Positions 28,255 to 31,157 of a stretch of 31,157 nt of DNA are shown here, piece by piece; the first letter of the stretch is position 1; every line of letters starts with the position of its first letter. The position numbers and the translations under genes are program-made. Source of the DNA: Macrostomum lignano (Eukaryota). The notes below the pieces were generated by a model. That model saw nothing but the letters and a program-made list of their open reading frames with translations. It had not been told where the DNA came from and did no database searches. The stretch covers positions 1 to 31,157 of the forward strand of contig NIVC01004091.1 in assembly GCA_002269645.1 (NCBI GenBank), read 5' to 3'.

Positions 28255-28863
28255 TGCATGTTTTGAGCCAAAAAGATACGTCACCAATAAATTTTCAGAC
28301 TCAAACTCTGTCACACTTGTCAGGTCTCAGAGCTGATTTAAGCAAGCAGATGAGGGGACCCAGCTGAGCAATCCACCTGCGGAGAAATACTGTTTGGGAA
28401 TTTGGTCCCAGAAAATGGGACAAATTTGCTTCTGATTTGGATGAGTTGTTGGGTTTGGGAGCTGCCACTCTTGAACTGAAAAGAATTTAGATTTAAAAAA
28501 TTCAGGCGGATTTTATGTGTACATAATTTCGGATGTTCTGTGAAAATTGCAAATTATGCTGTAAATCAGGTGCAACTCTACAGACTTGATGATCGGTCAG
28601 CATGAATGTTCAAGCTTGAGTTGCTCTCGCATACCCATGAGTTCGAAGCTACTCGTAAATAGCTGTTCAGGGAACACGGAAGACCTGGAAGACACTTCAG
28701 ACTCGTTTCCGAAACTGTTCGTCAACATAGGCGGAGAAAAGCTCTCCTCGATAATAAATCCTAATCTAAAAAATTCCTCGATAATATCAGAACGTCAGGG
28801 CTCGGGTTCGGGGCCTATTTTTCGACATTGACTTCTACTTACTAATCTGATCTATCTATCTAG

Positions 28864-29889
28864 GATAAGCCAACATGGTCGCAAGTTCGAGCCCCCAGCC
28901 GTCCGCAACACACACACAAAGCGACGCTGCAGGCAACCCTGGACCAGCGGCCGTTCCTCATCGGCCGGTGCGCGCGACCACCTGACCTACCGGCTGCTGG
29001 ATGCTGGCCCACTTGACCCCACTGACTCGACTGACCCACTGGTCTACTGACCCCACTGACTCGACTGACCCACTGGTCTACTGACCCACTGACGCACTGA
29101 CCCACTGGTCTGCCGACACCACTGACCTACTGACACCACTGACCTACTGATACCATTGGCCTACTGACCCACTGGCCTACTGACACCACTGGCTCATTGA
29201 TCCACTAACACCACTGACACCACTGACCCACTGACACCACTGGCCAACTGACGTTACAGACCCACTGACACCAGGGACATCACTCCCAGGGACAGCACTC
29301 ATCACCAGGGACTGACACCAGGGACCCACTGACACCACGGACATACTGACACCACTGACCTACTGACACCACTTACCCACTGACACCATTGACCCACTGA
29401 CACCACTGACCCACTGAAACCACTGACACCACTGACCCACTGAAACCACTGACCCACTGAAACCACTGACCCACTGGCCTACTGAGGCAACTTACCCACT
29501 GACTCTGCCACTGACCCACTGAATCCACTGACCTTATTTTCTATCAAGCGGTGTACACACTGGCTAGCGTGAATGCTCGACAAGTGCCATGCAATATGGC
29601 CGTGTGTGCTGAGTCGAACACGGGAACTCACACCCGTGAATGCTCGGGCGAATGTTTGCGCAAGGGCCACGTGAATATCTTTGTAGATATTGGTGATTGG
29701 TGTCAGTGTAAAACAGCTCCTTAAACATATTCGCATAAGCCTACTAACAGTGGCAGTAGAAGCAAATTGCACGCCAAAAATTCGATTCCACCCCCTGGAC
29801 AGGTCGCTTCGGCTGCCACCTGCGTCAGCTGTCCGAGGACTTCAACTTCACCGTCCAACTGCCCGGCCGGTCGTGGAGGGCGGCTCCGC
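28864..29889 (+). pseudogene. 5' part of the disrupted Cys-rich gene, duplicate
   Basis: Matches 8705-9732, with 1-bp differences such as tgcgcgcg vs tgccgcgcg. Confidence 0.45.
29007..29533 (+). repeat. CCACTGAC array, duplicate
   Basis: Same as 8850-9376. Confidence 0.93.
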
Positions 29890-31157
29890 CCCAGTGAAAA
29901 AAATGATATGGATTCCATGTGGATTTTTCATATGAAATCCATATGTGCATTTGTCTCCGTCCATCCATGTGGAATCAAGATATGGATTCCACATGGAAGA
30001 TCCACATGGAAGTAATTATGTATTTCACATAGAATCCACATTGTCATTGAGTAAGCAGCCATTATACTGGTTGCCATAATAAATTGTTGCATCCTAAATC
30101 TCAAAATAATACCAGATCTCAAAATTTCATACAAACCCCAGATCTCAATACCATATAAAAGAAACTGAAACACAGATAAAACATTAGCTATAGCCAAAAA
30201 TATTTCTGCACAAAAATATATTCAAAAAGGATGTATCAATAAGTAAGGTGTATTTATGTACAGTAGTGAGTCACTAGCACACAAAGAATAAACACACTGA
30301 TGTAGATATTGATATCTTTAAAGTTGCGCTGCGCATATGATATAATATATAATTTGAAATTGACATTGTCAATAGCATTAATTAATTAACAATAATATAA
30401 TGCACCAGAATTAGAACAGTCAGAAACATGCTGCTGCCAATTGCCAGAATGCTGCTTCTTCAGGTCAGGTGAGCAACCTTAGAAAAGAAAGGGGTTAAAT
30501 TACAGAATTTTATAACAGATTGATAACAGATTTTGTAATAGATTTTTATAGATTTTGATCTTATAACAGATTTTGATGACAGAAAAAAATCAGTTTATAA
30601 CTAAAACTTACCATTACTTCACAAAAGGTAGCATTCGAGATATTAAATTCCAATTCCAAGTAGCTTTGCATGCTTCTTCAAAGGCAAGACCAAGATGAAT
30701 ATTGATATAATTCAATAAATACATAATTTAAGGATGAATACTTAATAAAGTTTATTTTAAAATTAACTAGGCCTAAGTCTTAGGTTTATTTTTTAGCGCA
30801 AAGTGTGCATATGCCTTCGCCAGGGTTAGCGAAATGGGCAGCAATGCCTCCTCGCTGTTTCCAGATGCACAGAGCCCCTGCAGCTAAGTCAAGTAAGTCA
30901 AGTGCACCCTAAATCTTAAAATTGTACCTTGAAAACTGAAATTAAAAAGTTGATACAGTTTAGGTGCGATCTCATTACCTATTTTATGTTGAAGCCTTAT
31001 TTGCATTGCCTTTATATAAGAAAAAAAAGAAACTACATTCTAAGCCTTAAAATCATAAAACCCTAAAAGTGAGCATAGGGTATGATTTGCACCTTGTCTC
31101 TAGCAAAAAGAAAACCTACCTAAGTCATCAATAAAATAAAATTAATAAAATTAAATA
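29890..31157. mobile_element. CMC/EnSpm-type element, duplicate, truncated by window end
   Basis: Same left TIR, preceded by GC at 29888-29889. Confidence 0.85.
30796..30903 (+). mobile_element. Truncated SINE-tail relative, duplicate
   Basis: Same as 10720-10830 with 1-bp deletions. Confidence 0.55.

Overview
Eukaryotic (metazoan, probably invertebrate) genomic DNA with GC-rich spliced exons, minisatellite-laden introns and AT-rich transposon-relic tracts. Bases 1-~11,097 recur almost identically at 20,155-31,157, so the window is ~1.55 copies of a ~20.15-kb unit (tandem array, circle, or overlapping long-read contig ends). The unit holds four genes: (i) a 4-exon casein kinase I gamma-like gene (339 aa) with an unusual G-to-S change in the SLTGTARY motif and no Cys-rich palmitoylation tail; (ii) a 2-exon secreted WSC + PAN/apple-like protein with a GC-AG intron (frameshifted in copy 1, intact in copy 2); (iii) a Cys-rich + strand gene missing from the ORF track, one exon of which is split by a 3.0-kb CMC/EnSpm(CACTA)-type non-autonomous transposon; (iv) a minus-strand single-pass membrane protein gene. 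Mobile elements also include a 5'-truncated RNase H-bearing LINE and a tRNA-headed SINE family. Two less ordinary patterns stand out: several minisatellites are built from exon ends and splice donors, and the repeat-rich tracts show a RIP-like/non-CpG C-to-T signature. All alignments and counts were done by eye; the species cannot be determined from the sequence.
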